Part shown: one piece after another, positions 1 through 13,368 of the stretch
How positions within the stretch are numbered: the first letter of the stretch is position 1
Layout: each line of letters begins with the position of its first letter
Assembly: GCA_010405405.1 (NCBI GenBank)
Contig: MU004238.1
Location: 1,623,530 to 1,687,529, forward strand
Length of the DNA: 64,000 bases
Source of the DNA: Microthyrium microscopicum
Lineage: Eukaryota
Reading direction: 5' to 3'
Notes under the pieces: model-generated
Databases searched by the model: none
Told to the model about the DNA's origin: nothing
The model's input: only the letters and a program-made list of their open reading frames with translations
Made by a program: the position numbers and the translations under genes

Positions 1-128
1 TGGTCAAAAGCAGTGATGTATCCAGGTTAGCGAAACACAGCCTATCATATCTATCTTGGATCCAAGCTAACTTGGTACTTTGCGACTGATTAGGAGAAAG
101 ATCTTACCATGACTGTTATCAGGCAACC

Positions 129-2118
129 ATGTTCAGCGGCAATCCATATCAGAATCGCATTGTCTCGCCATATGCCATGATGGGTGCAGGTGGAAGTATG
201 TTTATGAACGGCTACGGGAGACAAAGGCCTAGTGCAAGATTCTACAGCATGTCGGTAGAGCAAACGATAAGGCTTAACAGTTCGCTCAACAACAAGGCGC
301 AGGCTGCCGTGGATGCGCTGGAGCCAACATATAACATCTGGAAAATGGACGAAGTGGAGTCAGGGATGGCTTCGTTGTCTATTGACACTCCCAGCTCAGG
401 CTTTCCCAAGGAAAAGAACGAAATATCTGAGAAGGGTATCAACGAGAAGCGACAGAGTGTTGCAGGATCAATTATGAGTGGCAATGGAGAAGGACCCAGC
501 ACCGGAAATTCCAAGCCATCCAAATTTTCTGGGTTAAAGAAAGCTTTCAACATCAAATCTTCTGAAGAAAGGGCGGTTGCCAAGGTAGAAAAGGTCAAGA
601 ATCGGGGTCGACAGCTAAGAGACGAGATTCTTAGAGAAGAACAAGGCCGATGGCCTGATCAAGAGTGGCGACGTATCGTATCAGAATATCAGGAGCATAT
701 TGGCATGACACGCAAAGTATCGGACCTTCGAGCTCGTCAACCTCTGCAATACCTGCACCTTCTCCGAGCTGGATATTTTGAGCCTATTCCTGTAGCATGG
801 GCCAAGTTGGCCTCGAATCCATTGAAATTCAGCATTGAAGCGGCTAGTGGCTGGCGAGGTATAACACCCGCATGGCGAGGATACGAAGATACTGCCGAAG
901 AGAGATTATACTGGTGCCTTAATCATCGCGAGGGAACGGCTGGTACACGATTAAAGCCCGACATGATCTCAGCTTTAAACATGGCAAGGGCCAGAATGGC
1001 TTCCGCAGTTGAAGCTCCGCCGCTGTACTTTGCTGCCGACGATACATGTCATACTCAACACACTTCGGAAGGATACTCGAAGCAGGTGATGCCACCTCCA
1101 TTCCGAGCGTTCGATGCGATCGAAACGGCATCGGACGACACCATGATCCTACTGGTAAGATTTTCCCGTCCCAAATCACAATCCTTGACGACATTCGTGG
1201 TGTTAGCTCCGATGGTAATTTTATACTAACAACTACTAGGATGTTTCTGGGTCAATGGATTTCGATCCGCTACGGTGAGTCTTCCTCCTGCAAAGATATA
1301 CTGTTTTCCTTACCATCGCTTGTTATGGCTGCTATAAAACGCGATGGCTACCCAAAATGCGATACATTTCGTGCTGAAAGAACAAATGGCCTCATACTGA
1401 CGAATGCCAGGCCAAACTATGATCAGTATCTAATCACTGGATACTCGAAATCCACACAGCCCAAGAACAAAGGTGAGTCTGCGATGGTCAAGCAGTAAGT
1501 ATGAGTATGTTACTGACCTTTGCCCTAGATGTTGCCAAAGCAATCATTCGACGATTCACTGATGCCATGATCAACCATGACCACAATGGCCGAGGATACG
1601 AATTAGTCACATTTGCCACTCAAGCCAACTACATAGGATGCGTTAACCACCAGAATCTTGACGCTATGTGGAGCAACGTCAGGATCGGAGGAGGAACCAG
1701 AGTGATGACGGGCTGGCAGCAGGCTAAAGAGTTACATTTTCAGAAGCATTCAGCCTCTGCCACACATCATCCCGTTTATGGATGGCAGGCCGGACCCGAA
1801 ACGCCCATTCTCAGACTGCTTGTTCTCTTGGATGGAGAAGCAACAGACATGGACGAGTTCGAGCTTGATCTCCTGAGTCTTTCATGGGTACACGTTACCA
1901 TCTTCTTGATAGGAGTAGATGGGTGCCCACATCATCATAGGCACGCGAATGAGTTGCAGCGGATCAGCGAGGTCAATCACCATGTGTCTTTTGTTGATGC
2001 ACAAGGAAATACTCCGGAACGATTTGTTACACATGAACTTCTCAAACGACATCTGGGTTACGAAGTGTCAATGCAGGAATTCGAAGAGCTGGAATTGCCG
2101 CCACCTTATACGGCCTGA
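129..2118 (+). CDS. von Willebrand factor A (vWA/MIDAS) domain protein, multi-exon
   Basis: Manual splicing (exons 129-1154, 1240-1274, 1411-1472, 1529-2118; GT..AG with branch sites) gives TMILL-DVSGS-MDF (MIDAS DxSxS), GGTRV and VLLDGEA. An upstream exon (intron ~26-93) may extend the N-terminus. Confidence 0.75.
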
Positions 2119-2268
2119 TTTATCCTGGATTTAGGTTTGCTTTGACATTTTTGGATTCCAGCGTCGAGTTAGGTATCTTCGATAGGTTTTTTGAAGGGTT
2201 TCAATGACTACTATAATGAGAATTCACATTCAGACCAGCTTTCCCATCGAAGAAAAAGCCCGAAACCT

Positions 2269-3207
2269 TCAGCCCAATAGACTGGATCCCATACTATCAT
2301 CGGAGTCTACATAGGAACTGTAATCCGTTTGGCTTGACCCACTGCTCTGAGGTGGCTTGATATCTTTGTTGTCTTCTTGCTTTGAAAATCCTCGACTTTG
2401 CTTTGGAAGTTTGTTGAAATCTGTGCCTAGTACTTCACCTGGGATCTTCTCCGCGTTCGATGCCTGATCACCTTGTATCTTGAAGCCAGAGCTAAACCGC
2501 TCCATAAGCCATCTGAATGGAGCATGAGTCCGCGCTATGGAGGGCCACTGATGTTCTGTTGTGGCCGGTGGTTCAGCTTTTGGCCTATCCTTTGGTACAC
2601 TTTTGTTCAGCAACCTCAACCTGTCCCTCTCAACATGTTTGAGTAGCTCTGAAGTAATTGGAATTGCAAGCCCTTTCTGTGTATATTGGTGCCAAAGGAC
2701 TAATGCTACGGTTTCCGTAGGCACAGCCGACGTGGAGTAGTACGATTGGGGCTCCGGAAAGTCTTTTGCGTAGAGTTGAGATGACTTTTCCTCGCGAGGT
2801 AGATACTCAACGTCAGCGTCCTTGAAAAAGGACGTGATTGGCAAGGCTTCCAGGAGCAACTGATCCAACATGACACGTTGGCACAACGCCCAGCCGCGGG
2901 GGGAGAAAGGCATGGTCTGACCTTGAACCTTGGTAAAGATTGCCTCGCCATTATTGCGGTACATTGCATATCGCAGGTTATTTCCAACATTGCGAAATAA
3001 CTCCAGGATGAAAGCTCGTTGAGTGTCGTATTCGTACTGCGCATCCCAACTCTGCCATTGCTTAGATGCTCGTCTTCCCAAGCCAGCAGACTGGATCTCT
3101 AGCAATGGCTCTAATATGCCTGCTTGCAAATCATCTCTCCACATAAGCAGTTCTCCAGTGCTGTATTTGCTGGGTTTGTTGAGGTCAAACTGCTCTCCGA
3201 GCCACAA
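2269..3207 (-). CDS. hypothetical protein (possibly 3' part of a longer, degraded gene)
   Basis: 312-codon ORF, convergent with the vWA gene; no recognisable motif; the start is not an ATG. Confidence 0.4.
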   Translation of the reverse strand: MWLGEQFDLNKPSKYSTGELLMWRDDLQAGILEPLLEIQSAGLGRRASKQWQSWDAQYEYDTQRAFILELFRNVGNNLRYAMYRNNGEAIFTKVQGQTMPFSPRGWALCQRVMLDQLLLEALPITSFFKDADVEYLPREEKSSQLYAKDFPEPQSYYSTSAVPTETVALVLWHQYTQKGLAIPITSELLKHVERDRLRLLNKSVPKDRPKAEPPATTEHQWPSIARTHAPFRWLMERFSSGFKIQGDQASNAEKIPGEVLGTDFNKLPKQSRGFSKQEDNKDIKPPQSSGSSQTDYSSYVDSDDSMGSSLLG

Positions 3208-4820
3208 AGATGTTGTGGTAGCTAGATAGTTCAGGTATGGAACAACACTCCTCGTAACTAGTGAGCTGTGGGGTCGCCAGCTTGCCTGGAATTCGTTAGT
3301 TTAAGATTGAGATCGGAACCACATAACACGACTGAAATGAGGGTCTAGTCTTTTCGAAGGAAAACCGTAAACCCCTATCGTATTCGAAGGGTACCATGCA
3401 CTCGATCAGAACCTCATTCTTTGGTAGCTATCGAGTGCGATCGGAGATCTTAGTTTTTTGATTATGTCGGATGTGACGATGGACTGTGATTTTGTATGAG
3501 GGAATCCTACCATGGTAGTGGTGTCAATGATATGTTCTATGCATCTCACGAGCATCTGAGCTCTCAGAGACGGTGTATATGATGGTGAAGACATTATAGA
3601 CGGCGAAAACCGCGACAAGTATGTCGTCTGAACTGGTGCACGTCTTTCGGATAAGACAAATTGTGGTCAGCAGATGTTCTCGTCAAATCGATGTTTTAGT
3701 AGGTTGCTGCATGAAAACTGCCAGGTGCAATGCACGACTTTTAAGTACCAAGGTCTTGCAAACTAGCTGAGCTGAGATACCAGTAAACTCATAAATAGGC
3801 CTGTGATAGGACATGGCCGAACCGAAACTTGTAGTTTCATGTCAATAAACTCTCGATAAAGTTGGTAGCCTTGCAGTCACTATCACTACTACTAGCCTAG
3901 TCTTGGTACATACCACAATGTTTGAACCTCGCAACACTAACGATCATTTCAACTTTAGGAATGAAAGCTTCCTACCGTATGGACTAAAAAATCATGGGCT
4001 TGATGTCATCAAAGATGATGATGTTAGCCAGAAGATCCCAGCGTCAGCACTATTCTTTATGATGGAGTGCTGTAATATGTATCTGGAGAGCGTTTGTGAC
4101 CATCTGATGAAAACCCATTTTCTTTGGTCACTTTCAGAGGATCAGGGTTCCATGAATCTAGTCTTCTTCATTTTCACAATAGCACTAAATCTTTGAGGTC
4201 CCAGCTCTTGAACGGGTACTGAAGGAAGGAGTAATCGAAGCCATGTGTATAGACTGCTCTTTAATTCGGTCTGCTGTGCCTTTGAGGTCTAAAGTAGAAT
4301 CTAAGAAATTGGCGAATCAATGTCACGCACATATAGGAGATGTTGAGCCAGGCCGCGAAGATGTAGAACAGCTTTTGCTTCTCGCTCTTCAATACATCTG
4401 ACAAGAGGAGGAAGCGGAGGTAGGCGTTCAAGGCGTTGAGCTCCAAGGGCAGATCTCGCCAACCTCAACCACCAAATCGTAAATTGAGCATGCTACAAGC
4501 ACTTATTCGATCAGCGAGTTAACAAGGTCGAACCAAAAACGTGGATGCTGGAGGCTCTGCGATTGAGGACCGAGAGAACGGAAGCAGATTACCTTTCGAT
4601 CCGTCCGTGCCGTCGCAATGCTTCTCGTCGTACTAATACCTTACCTCGGCAACATATAACCACCACCAGTAATTCTCCAACACCACATAGATGAAATTCT
4701 AACTACCTATGTGTCCCCTTTCGATGGGACCATACAATATCAACAACCTGTCCACCCGTCTCTGAATTCTACTCCGCCAAATCCACTCCCATAAACGACT
4801 AGAATCACAATATCGTCACA

Positions 4821-5684
4821 ATGGCTCTCCCCCTCACCACCCGCGCCGATATACTCGCATCCCGTCTCTCAATCTTATTCTCCACTCCCTCCGGCACCGA
4901 CGCCGTTCTTCGCACCATAACCTACACCCTGCAATTCGTCTCCGGCGCACTCTCCACCCTCCTCACCAAACATCTCGTCACCGTCTCCAAAGCCCTCTCC
5001 GCACGCTCTCCCCTCCTGCCTGGCGAAACGCTTCTAGTCGCTCTCGCCTACCCAACTCCCGCGCTCGCCCGTATCACACCACGCGTACGCGCACTATCCG
5101 CGCTCATCTCAGACTTCCGCACCTTCACACGCCTATGGGGACTCCTAGGCATGTACGCCTGGGGCAAAGGCATCGCCGCCAACCCCCCCAAAGACCTCAC
5201 CCTAAAACTCGCCGCCTGGGCCCAATGGAGCGCCTACACAGCCTATCAATTCCTCGAAAACCGCGCCTATCTAGGCAGCAAGGGCATCATTTCACGCGCC
5301 GGCCCACAAATCATGAGCGACTTCTTGCTAAGCACGCGCTGCTGGATGGTTGGTGTAGGCATGGAGTTTGTGCGCCTAGGACGAGTGTGGCAATTGCGAC
5401 AGCGCACGACGCGTGCACGACAAGTGCAGGGTACGGAGTCGGTGGAGCTAAGGAAGGAGGAGATGGAGGAGGAGAAGGCTTGGGCGACGAAGAATACGGC
5501 GGAGATTACGAAGTGGCGCTTGGAGTTGTTGGCGAATGTTGCGAATGCGCCGTTGACGGTGCATTGGAGTACGCCGGGTGGGGTGTTGGATGATACGACG
5601 GTGGGGTTCTTGGGTATGGTGACTGGGTTGCTGGTACTTTTGCCGAAATGGCAGCAGACGGCGGCGGTGGTGAAGAAGGCATGA
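4821..5684 (+). CDS. PEX11: peroxisomal membrane protein, PEX11 family (Pex11C-like)
   Basis: GTDAVLRTITYTL and LSALISDFRTFTRLWGLLGMYAW motifs; C-terminal PLTVHWS plus hydrophobic segment. Confidence 0.8.
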   Translation: MALPLTTRADILASRLSILFSTPSGTDAVLRTITYTLQFVSGALSTLLTKHLVTVSKALSARSPLLPGETLLVALAYPTPALARITPRVRALSALISDFRTFTRLWGLLGMYAWGKGIAANPPKDLTLKLAAWAQWSAYTAYQFLENRAYLGSKGIISRAGPQIMSDFLLSTRCWMVGVGMEFVRLGRVWQLRQRTTRARQVQGTESVELRKEEMEEEKAWATKNTAEITKWRLELLANVANAPLTVHWSTPGGVLDDTTVGFLGMVTGLLVLLPKWQQTAAVVKKA

Positions 5685-6480
5685 TATCAATGATCGAGAC
5701 GAGTCATGTAACTAGTACTCTAGAGTAGAGATGCATATATTGCATGGCATATAAACTCCTAGATGGAGCTTTGTTTATGGGATTTGGAAAAGTAAACGGA
5801 TCATGATATATACCGTACTTATATATCTCAAGTCAATCAAATAAAATATAGAACTCACCGCATATTTTCAATTGGACATTCTAGAAGTGGCACTATATTT
5901 TTGATTTGATAGCAGGTGTTTACTGTCTATCTCAACTTATTCGACAGACTTGATATATCATGATGTGCCTCTTGGAATTTGAAAAGGTGAATTTTTATAT
6001 TCTATAAAACATAATAGACGTAGCTCTATTGACATTAGGACCCGTCGTGAATTATTTTACAATTGTTACGCTGGAAGATTTTGTCAGTTTCTACTTCTGA
6101 GATTGAGTGGAAGCTTTCTATCTGAAAGTCATGATTTGGTTTGTAGCTATACCAGAGTTGTGCTCGATTATTCACGCAATCTCTTGTCTGCTATCAAAGT
6201 CTTTATTTGTTTGGTTATCATTATGTACATAAAATGCCGTATATGACATGCGTTTTCATTATCGCTTCATAAGCCCCTTTTGAATAGCCAAGTCTGGGGC
6301 GCTGTGTATTTGACTTGCCGTGTCATGAGAAAAAATGTAATCAGTGCTGTGATATCCTTGAATGCTCCCATAACTCCATGCAACAATCTTGGGCAATCCG
6401 ACTAATTCTCCAGACCATACTATCTGCAACTTCCAGTGTATCCGCCAGGTCCAGACCTAAACAGGAAATGCGTGAAACGC

Positions 6481-7350
6481 TCAAATGAGGAAAAGACCAA
6501 ATGTAATTGCCAAAACGAGAACACCTTGCAAAGTAACAGCCGCCGATTTCGTAGCCGAGCCTTGCAGTTTTGGACCTGTAGTTGCGGCGGAACCAGGTGG
6601 GATTGATGTCTTAGATACAATCGCGTACGAGGTATATGTTGACCGCGAACCATCCGGCGCAGTCGAAGTGAAGATGGCCAAACTAGTCACCACTCCACCG
6701 CCCGGAGTGAAAGTCGTGACATATGTGCTCCCTTGCTCATTTGTAGTGGTGATCGCTACGCCGCCGTCGGAAGCCTGGGTGGGAGCCGGTACGGAGGTAA
6801 CCTGTCCATTGGACGTTAGCACGACTGCAGGAACGGAAACGGCCGTGATCACTGTCTGGCCGGCTGAGTCTGTGGTATGCGTTGTAACCACTACGGAAGC
6901 CGTGGCAGAGGACTCGGCGGTTAATGTCGTCACCACTGAGGAGCCTTGGGCGTTGGTGGTGGTTTGGGTGACGGGCACAATTACCGTTGGAGTTGTGGTT
7001 GTTACTGTCAGGTTGCCATTTTGACGGCGGATGAGGTCGTAGCGAGCGGCGGCGAGAAGTTTGGTGGCCATTGTAGGATCCGTCCTGTGCACAGCTTCTA
7101 TTGCGTTTGTGTCTTTCTCAAATATACCGTCTTTGAAGGTTGCGGGTAGGTGTTTGTGTAGGATGGAGTGGATTTGTTCGCTGGGAACGTGGTTAAGGAT
7201 TTCGCTGAAATCGCCTTCGAGTTGGACGTCGTCGGGTAGGACAGGTAATGAGGGAAGATTCAACGAGTGTGGATCTTGAGGTTGTTGCTGGAAAAAGTCG
7301 AGGTGTGCAAAGCGTAGGGAAGCGAGCAACAAGCTCTTTATGCAGGGCAT
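6481..7350 (-). CDS. Ser/Thr-rich, probably GPI-anchored cell-surface protein
   Basis: Short hydrophobic N-terminus (MPCIKSLLLASL), RR site, T/S/V-rich body, C-terminal small residues followed by a hydrophobic tail (VLVLAITFGLFLI). Start uncertain. Confidence 0.6.
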   Translation of the reverse strand: MPCIKSLLLASLRFAHLDFFQQQPQDPHSLNLPSLPVLPDDVQLEGDFSEILNHVPSEQIHSILHKHLPATFKDGIFEKDTNAIEAVHRTDPTMATKLLAAARYDLIRRQNGNLTVTTTTPTVIVPVTQTTTNAQGSSVVTTLTAESSATASVVVTTHTTDSAGQTVITAVSVPAVVLTSNGQVTSVPAPTQASDGGVAITTTNEQGSTYVTTFTPGGGVVTSLAIFTSTAPDGSRSTYTSYAIVSKTSIPPGSAATTGPKLQGSATKSAAVTLQGVLVLAITFGLFLI

Positions 7351-10300
7351 GTTGTTGATGGAGACACTACTGACTGACAAGGGACCAAGCGAACCTGGGT
7401 GGCTTGACTTGCCCCTCTAGGCTCCTGGTTGTTGGATGCAACTCGTGGCCAAATCAAGGATTGGGGTGGATTTTGGCAGACGAGGCTGAGAAGTCGGCAG
7501 GATGAGTAGAAACAGGTAAGGTCTGGTCCCAGAGTTTTGATACGGGTGGCTGACGGCCTAGTGTCGTAATGGGAATGATGTCGTCAAAGAGTATGCTTTT
7601 CTTGGGCCTAGTAGTAAGTGCTCGGAATTGTTGATGACCAAAGTTTACAAAAGTTGCAACTTTGAGGATACGAGCAGTGTTCTCCTGGGATAAAAAAAGA
7701 ACAAGGTCGAATCAGTTGATGGTCAGATATGCAGCGCTAGGGTTGGCCGGAACGTAATGGTAGCGCAGTACGAGGTGATCAATAAAAGCCGGGTGCTTTA
7801 CGGATTGCGAGCTGTATGCCTGAGATTTTTAAATCATGGGATGTGAGAATCAATGGCGTAGAAAAGAGAGATTGTGTGAGTGTGGTGTGAGTTCCAGATT
7901 CAGGAATAATAAATAGTGGGCGTGACGGGATCAAATGGAGTCGAGGAAAGTGGAACTACGGAGGGAAAGGTAAAAGGTAGAGTAAAGGTAAAAGGCAGAA
8001 GTGTATGATGATTGATAACACGCAGCACATTAGTCTAACGAGGTCCAGGTCTCCAAGACACAATCGGATGCAGGAGAGAAGCACAAAAGGCAGTCGGTTG
8101 CACCAGCTGTGTCTATCCGAGAGACAATCGTTGTGGTGGCGGTCTGGAGTTACAGATGACAGACAGTTTGAGCCAGTCAAGTGCTACTCTGGTCATGTAT
8201 GATGCCAATGCTATCCATTGTTTTGTAAGTTCGCTGGCTATCAAAGTCGCCAAATATGCCGCCTATCAAGTCCAAATCCTTACAGATATCGAACCTTCCA
8301 AAGAGGAATCTGTATTCACGACCTATTATCACATATATGATATCAGGCTAACACCAACCTTTTATGTCTTTTCTTCATCATGAACATTTCAGTCTAGAGT
8401 TCCTCGTCAATCTCACTTTGAAACTGCATGTGCCCATCTTCTAAATCATGTCGACTTGCATGTTCCACTACTTAGGTCAACACAGCAGCAGACTGTCAAC
8501 GAGTTGATGATACACGTTAAACCAGGATCCCTTGCTTCAGTTGCATCCTTGTGCACATCTCGAAAAGTCCGAGTCCTGAACCTTTAACTTTTAACCTTGA
8601 TATCCACCTCGGCAATAGCTCACCAACATTTTACTTCAGCATCCAAATGTCCATTTGTAGCTAGACATTCTTAGCGCCTGATCCCCTTGATATTCGTTTG
8701 CTTGAACATTGTATTTCTCCATCGCATAATGTGGTGCGGACTGTGGAGCCTGATGGAGTTTGCAACAAGGTGATCGACAACAGGCATGGTCTCCAGATTT
8801 CTCCCTTGTCTGTACATTGTGCCAACTTCATCCTTCAATTGCCCAGTATTGCCAGTCTATCCCAGCCGTGCATCTATCTCGCCCTTGAAAAGAACAGGTC
8901 TGGTCCAACCCACATGCTCACAAACTCACAGCTACTGGTACCATACTCGCACAGATAAGAAACCCCAACGAAAATATTGTATGCACATTGCACACTAGAT
9001 CCGTGATATTGATTAGTGAAGTATAACACTAAGATCTTCGTGTAGTAGCGTCATGCACCTCTACAACCCCCCAGCCACCCTATCATCAACAAAATATTTG
9101 CAGAATAATACGACGCCCCGCCACTTTTTTCCAATAGTATAGAACTGAACTCGAATATCTCGTGATACTGTATGAATAGTTCGTGAGAGGTCATCGAGTT
9201 TAGCTTCAATGCATAATTGCACAACACGGGTCGGATATCCGCAGAAACCGTTGCTGTTCACTGCGAGGTTCCGTGTGTTTGGTCACCGCGAGCCTCGAGC
9301 AAGTATCACAGAACCCTTCATAAAATCAAGCGATTACTCTTTCTTAGTAATGAAACCTTTGTTCGCTTCAAATAGCTCCTGCAAGGCCAACATCGCAATA
9401 TCTCTCAGCCCAGGTAGCGTGGGGCCTCGCCTTACTTCCACTGTCCAGCTGCTGCCTCCAGCACGCCAGAATTCATAGCACCGCACTCTCGTAATACTTT
9501 ACGCATTCACTTGACAACCTTCTACAGAAATATATGCCCAAGAAATCTAACAAAAGCATCCGCTTCAATCCAATAAAGCCCTCTCCTTACGCCCAACTAT
9601 CGAAACTTCACCTTCCCTCCCTTCCAATCCCATCTTCCCTAACTCATGCCCATCAAATCCATCGCCCATCTATTCATAGACCCAAAGTCCACTTTTCACC
9701 ATGCAGGACGCACAACCTGCATCACAAGTTCCCTTCTCGCCCACTATTCGTCCCGCTTCCGCATCCTCGAGGACCGTAGCACGCGTGTGTCTCAAGCTTT
9801 ACCACCAGCTCATGAGCGGCGTGTTTCATAGCAATAATAACAAGCGCTCCTTGCAGTCTAGGAGGCAAAAAGATACAGTAGTCCATGAAGTTTATACGAC
9901 CTAGATGACTAGTAGTGTGGATGTCCATCGCGTGGCAAAGCTGTTTATTTATGTAGATGGAAAGTCCACCATCCGAGCCAGGTTCGGGGACTTTTGTACA
10001 TTGAATTATTGCTATCAAGTTGCATATATGCAACATCTGATAGGAACTAATGATAATGCACACAACCACTTTCAAAAGAATACGTCGTCAAAAAGTGTGG
10101 CATCCATTACAACACCAATCGATGACGAGGAGCAGGGGAGAAAAGGTCTAGGCATATGAGAAAAAATAGTATCAAACATATATTCCCACAATGTCCACCT
10201 CAAATGAAAAAAAAGAGCCTCCTATAACACTTTTATCATTCTATTATTATTATGAGAAAAGAAAACAGCACAAAACGTGCCATATGTTGGCAATACCCAT

Positions 10301-10662
10301 ATTTGGAGAGAAACACAAACAAACGAAATAAAAATTATACCTTGATATCTTTCCTCTCTCCGCAAGCATTAAATATGTTTTCGTCCTCGTCAAGAAAACG
10401 CATCCTTCCAAAACACCAAACAAGGGGGATAACGCTGTGTATACAAGAAAACAGGAGAGGAATCCAGAACCATTGGCTGGCCAACAACAACCTATACAAA
10501 ACCAAAATTCAAGCTACGTCTAGAACAGTCTTTGGATTATATGAACACACAACAGCACCGTTCTCTGACAATGTAACATTACAGAGGAATACAGAAGATT
10601 CATGGAGAGAAAGACTCCATGATTGGGAAAGGACAATTGGCCATTACAAAAACTCATCAAGT

Positions 10663-13368
10663 TTAAACATTCAACATGGACGAAACCCTTTGTGCGGCTG
10701 GTGAGGACTCGGTTGGTGCCGTCGTGGCGTTGGTAGATGTCACTCGCTCGGGAATGACCGGTTGTACAATCGGGGGTACCTGGGTAGTTGACTGGGAAGT
10801 AGTTGGAGGAGCATTAGTTCCTTCCGATGTGGCTGGAACATCCGTCGGCTCCTTTTTCACTTCTTCTTGCGAAGGTTGTTCCTTGACGGCCTCTAATTTT
10901 GGAGCAGCCTCCTCTTTTCCTGGCCCGGGCTTATCATCCACAGGTGAGTGAGAGTAGGGGGTGCTAAGGGTGGGAGCCTCAACAGCACCAACCATAGGCT
11001 GCGCAGCGGTGTTCGCAAACCCAATCGAAGTCGGGGGTTGATAATTGACTGTAGGTTGAGAGCCAGCGCCTGGAGCAAAGATGGGTGGTGTAGAGACAAC
11101 ACTGTTCATGCTCACTCCCGGTTGTTGAGAAGCTGTGATTGCTGGGCTTCTTGTCGGACTCTTCATGCGTTTTTGTTCATCTTTCTTTTCTTGATGCGTT
11201 TGGATCTTACCCTTGGCCCAGCTGATCGGGTTAAAGTTCTTCTTAGAATCGCGCTCCGAATCGCTGGTTACAGGCTCGCCATACTCGTTCATCTGGCCTC
11301 GATCCATGTTGACACTTCTTCGATTGTCGACGCTTCTCCGTGACTCGCCGCCGCTTAGCACAGAACTTCTACTTCTGGCTGCTTGGCTGTTTCCACCTAA
11401 AGACGATTGCCCACTCTGATCGGTCTTCCGAAACCAATGCCGTCTCTTTCCTTCCGGATCTTGGTCTAGGGTCGATACAGACTGATTTGGGTGGGTTTGT
11501 TCGGCATCGGATTGAGACATGTATGAAGTAGTCGGTGACATTTTTGGCTTGTAATTCTCGCCAATTGGAGGTGGAGATCTGAGTGGCATATCATCGAGTG
11601 GTAAAGGGCGATTCTCCTTCTGTGGGGACATGAGAGGAGTTGAAGTTAATGAGTTTATAGACTGCATGGATTCTGGTGGATATGGATCATTGAGTGAGTG
11701 TGTTGAGCTATGAGCGCTTGGTAGCGGGCTTCGTTTCTTCTGTAGCTTGTTTGGTTTGCGGCCATCATCGCCTGGTCCTGGTTTACTGAAAATTTGAGTA
11801 AATGTTCGAGGTGTACCCGCTGGTTGTGGAGTAACTGGCTCTGAAGGAGGCCCTGTGGCACTGATATTTGTTGGAGGATTATTTGTGCCGTTATAAGTCG
11901 CCGCTGTTGGTGTTTTGACATCGTCTCCCAACCCTTCCGGTAATGGTCGTGTTCTGCTAAAAGACATCATTTCATCGGAAGTTGGAGACATGACTTCATG
12001 CATTATAGGTTGACTGTGCAATTTCTTCTCTCCAATTATCGGCCCTTTCGGTTTCGGGGTCGTCTCGCCTTCGGCTGCATGCTCAATGATCACAGGTCCC
12101 GCAGGTGCATCAGAGTCGTTTGGATTAAAACGTCCGTGAGCTAAGTTTGGGGAGCGAGTAGGTGGAAGCGTATTGCTTCTGTGCACGCCTCCTGAACCAG
12201 TTTGTGCTAGTGGACTTGCCAGCGGCGTTTGATACTCCGACCCAGAGGGGCTCGGTACTGCGCGGTCGGAGTTCCTCGATCGTCGGGATGACGCTGAAAC
12301 GCTTCTCCTTACGCCGCTGTACCTACTCGAATTAGAACCTGATCTTGCAAGTGTCTTGTTATTGCGTGGTGTTGAGGAGCGATTTTGGGGAGTGGGAGGT
12401 CCGCTTTCTACTTCTTGAACAGTCTTTTCATCCGCTGCAGTTCCTTGCATGCCTATCAGGAAATGATCTTGATTTTCAATCAAAAATATGAGAACGTCTT
12501 GGCTGAGGCGATATTCTGGAGGAGCCATATCATGCGCAGGATGAGAAAGAATGCCAGGTTGGAAAATGGCGGCAAGATTGGGCGTTGTCATTTTATTAAG
12601 GTCGGATTTCGATGCGAATACTGCAAGAAGGTCGAGAATGTAGAGGAGGAGTTGTCTGTTTAGGGGAGGTAATTCGGTAATGAGTCTCTGGAAGGTCTTG
12701 ATCGCTGTTGCGACTTCGAAATCACCTTGCGACGGACTTTGACCTTCCATGGGACCCACAGCTTGTGATTGATGGTTTCGTATAGGCTCTCTGAATTTGT
12801 CGTAGAACTCAAGAGGAATGATAGGTTCCGGTAGCTGATTAAAGTATCGTCGCAATATGTTTGCCGCATCATGAACTGTGTAACCTGTCCAGTCAAGACC
12901 TTTGCCGTATCGATCGGGAGAATTGAAAGCGTTTCGGAGCTCTTTTATGCGCTTTTCTGATCCGCTAAGGCGGAATATTCCCTCGACGTCGGTTGCTTCT
13001 TTGAATTAGGCTAGACAATGGAGCAGATTCAAAGATACATACCTTTCTCCTTCAAAAACACTCCACATTTTGCGACTACGATCGGTACGTATCCGTAGAT
13101 ATAGCTCTGGCCGTTTGCGTCGGATAGGGAGATGGCGACATTTGCATATCGTACGCTGGTTGAGAGAGGGACCCCAAAAATGCCTTGTTGTTCTGGGAGA
13201 TTGTCTGAAATCTGTCAGCGCGTGTGTTCATGCCAAAGGTTGAGCCTACAAACCTTTTTCTTCATCTTTCTTAGGGCCTCCTTTCTTGAAATTCTTCCAC
13301 CACGATGAAAGATCTTTGCGCACCGCGTTATCGCCGCCAGACGGCGCAGGTGGGTCGCCGACAGGCAT
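10663..13368 (-). CDS. Rho GTPase-activating protein (Sac7/Bag7-like)
   Basis: Spliced exons give GIFGVPL..SVRYANVAISL, YGYVPIVVAKCGVFLKEK, ATDVEGIFRLSG (arginine finger), LRRYFNQLPEP and NKMTTPNLAAIFQPGIL; long disordered C-terminus. Confidence 0.9.

Noticed and set aside
3400..4500. Minus-strand fragments (e.g. WRDLPLEL, F-box-like) possibly upstream of ORF 2269-3207
   Set aside because: Interrupted by stops and could not be joined with credible splice sites.
9534..10160. Overlapping short ORFs with a faint BTB-like phrase (LLAHYSSRFR)
   Set aside because: No consistent frame or splice model; too weak to call even as a pseudogene.
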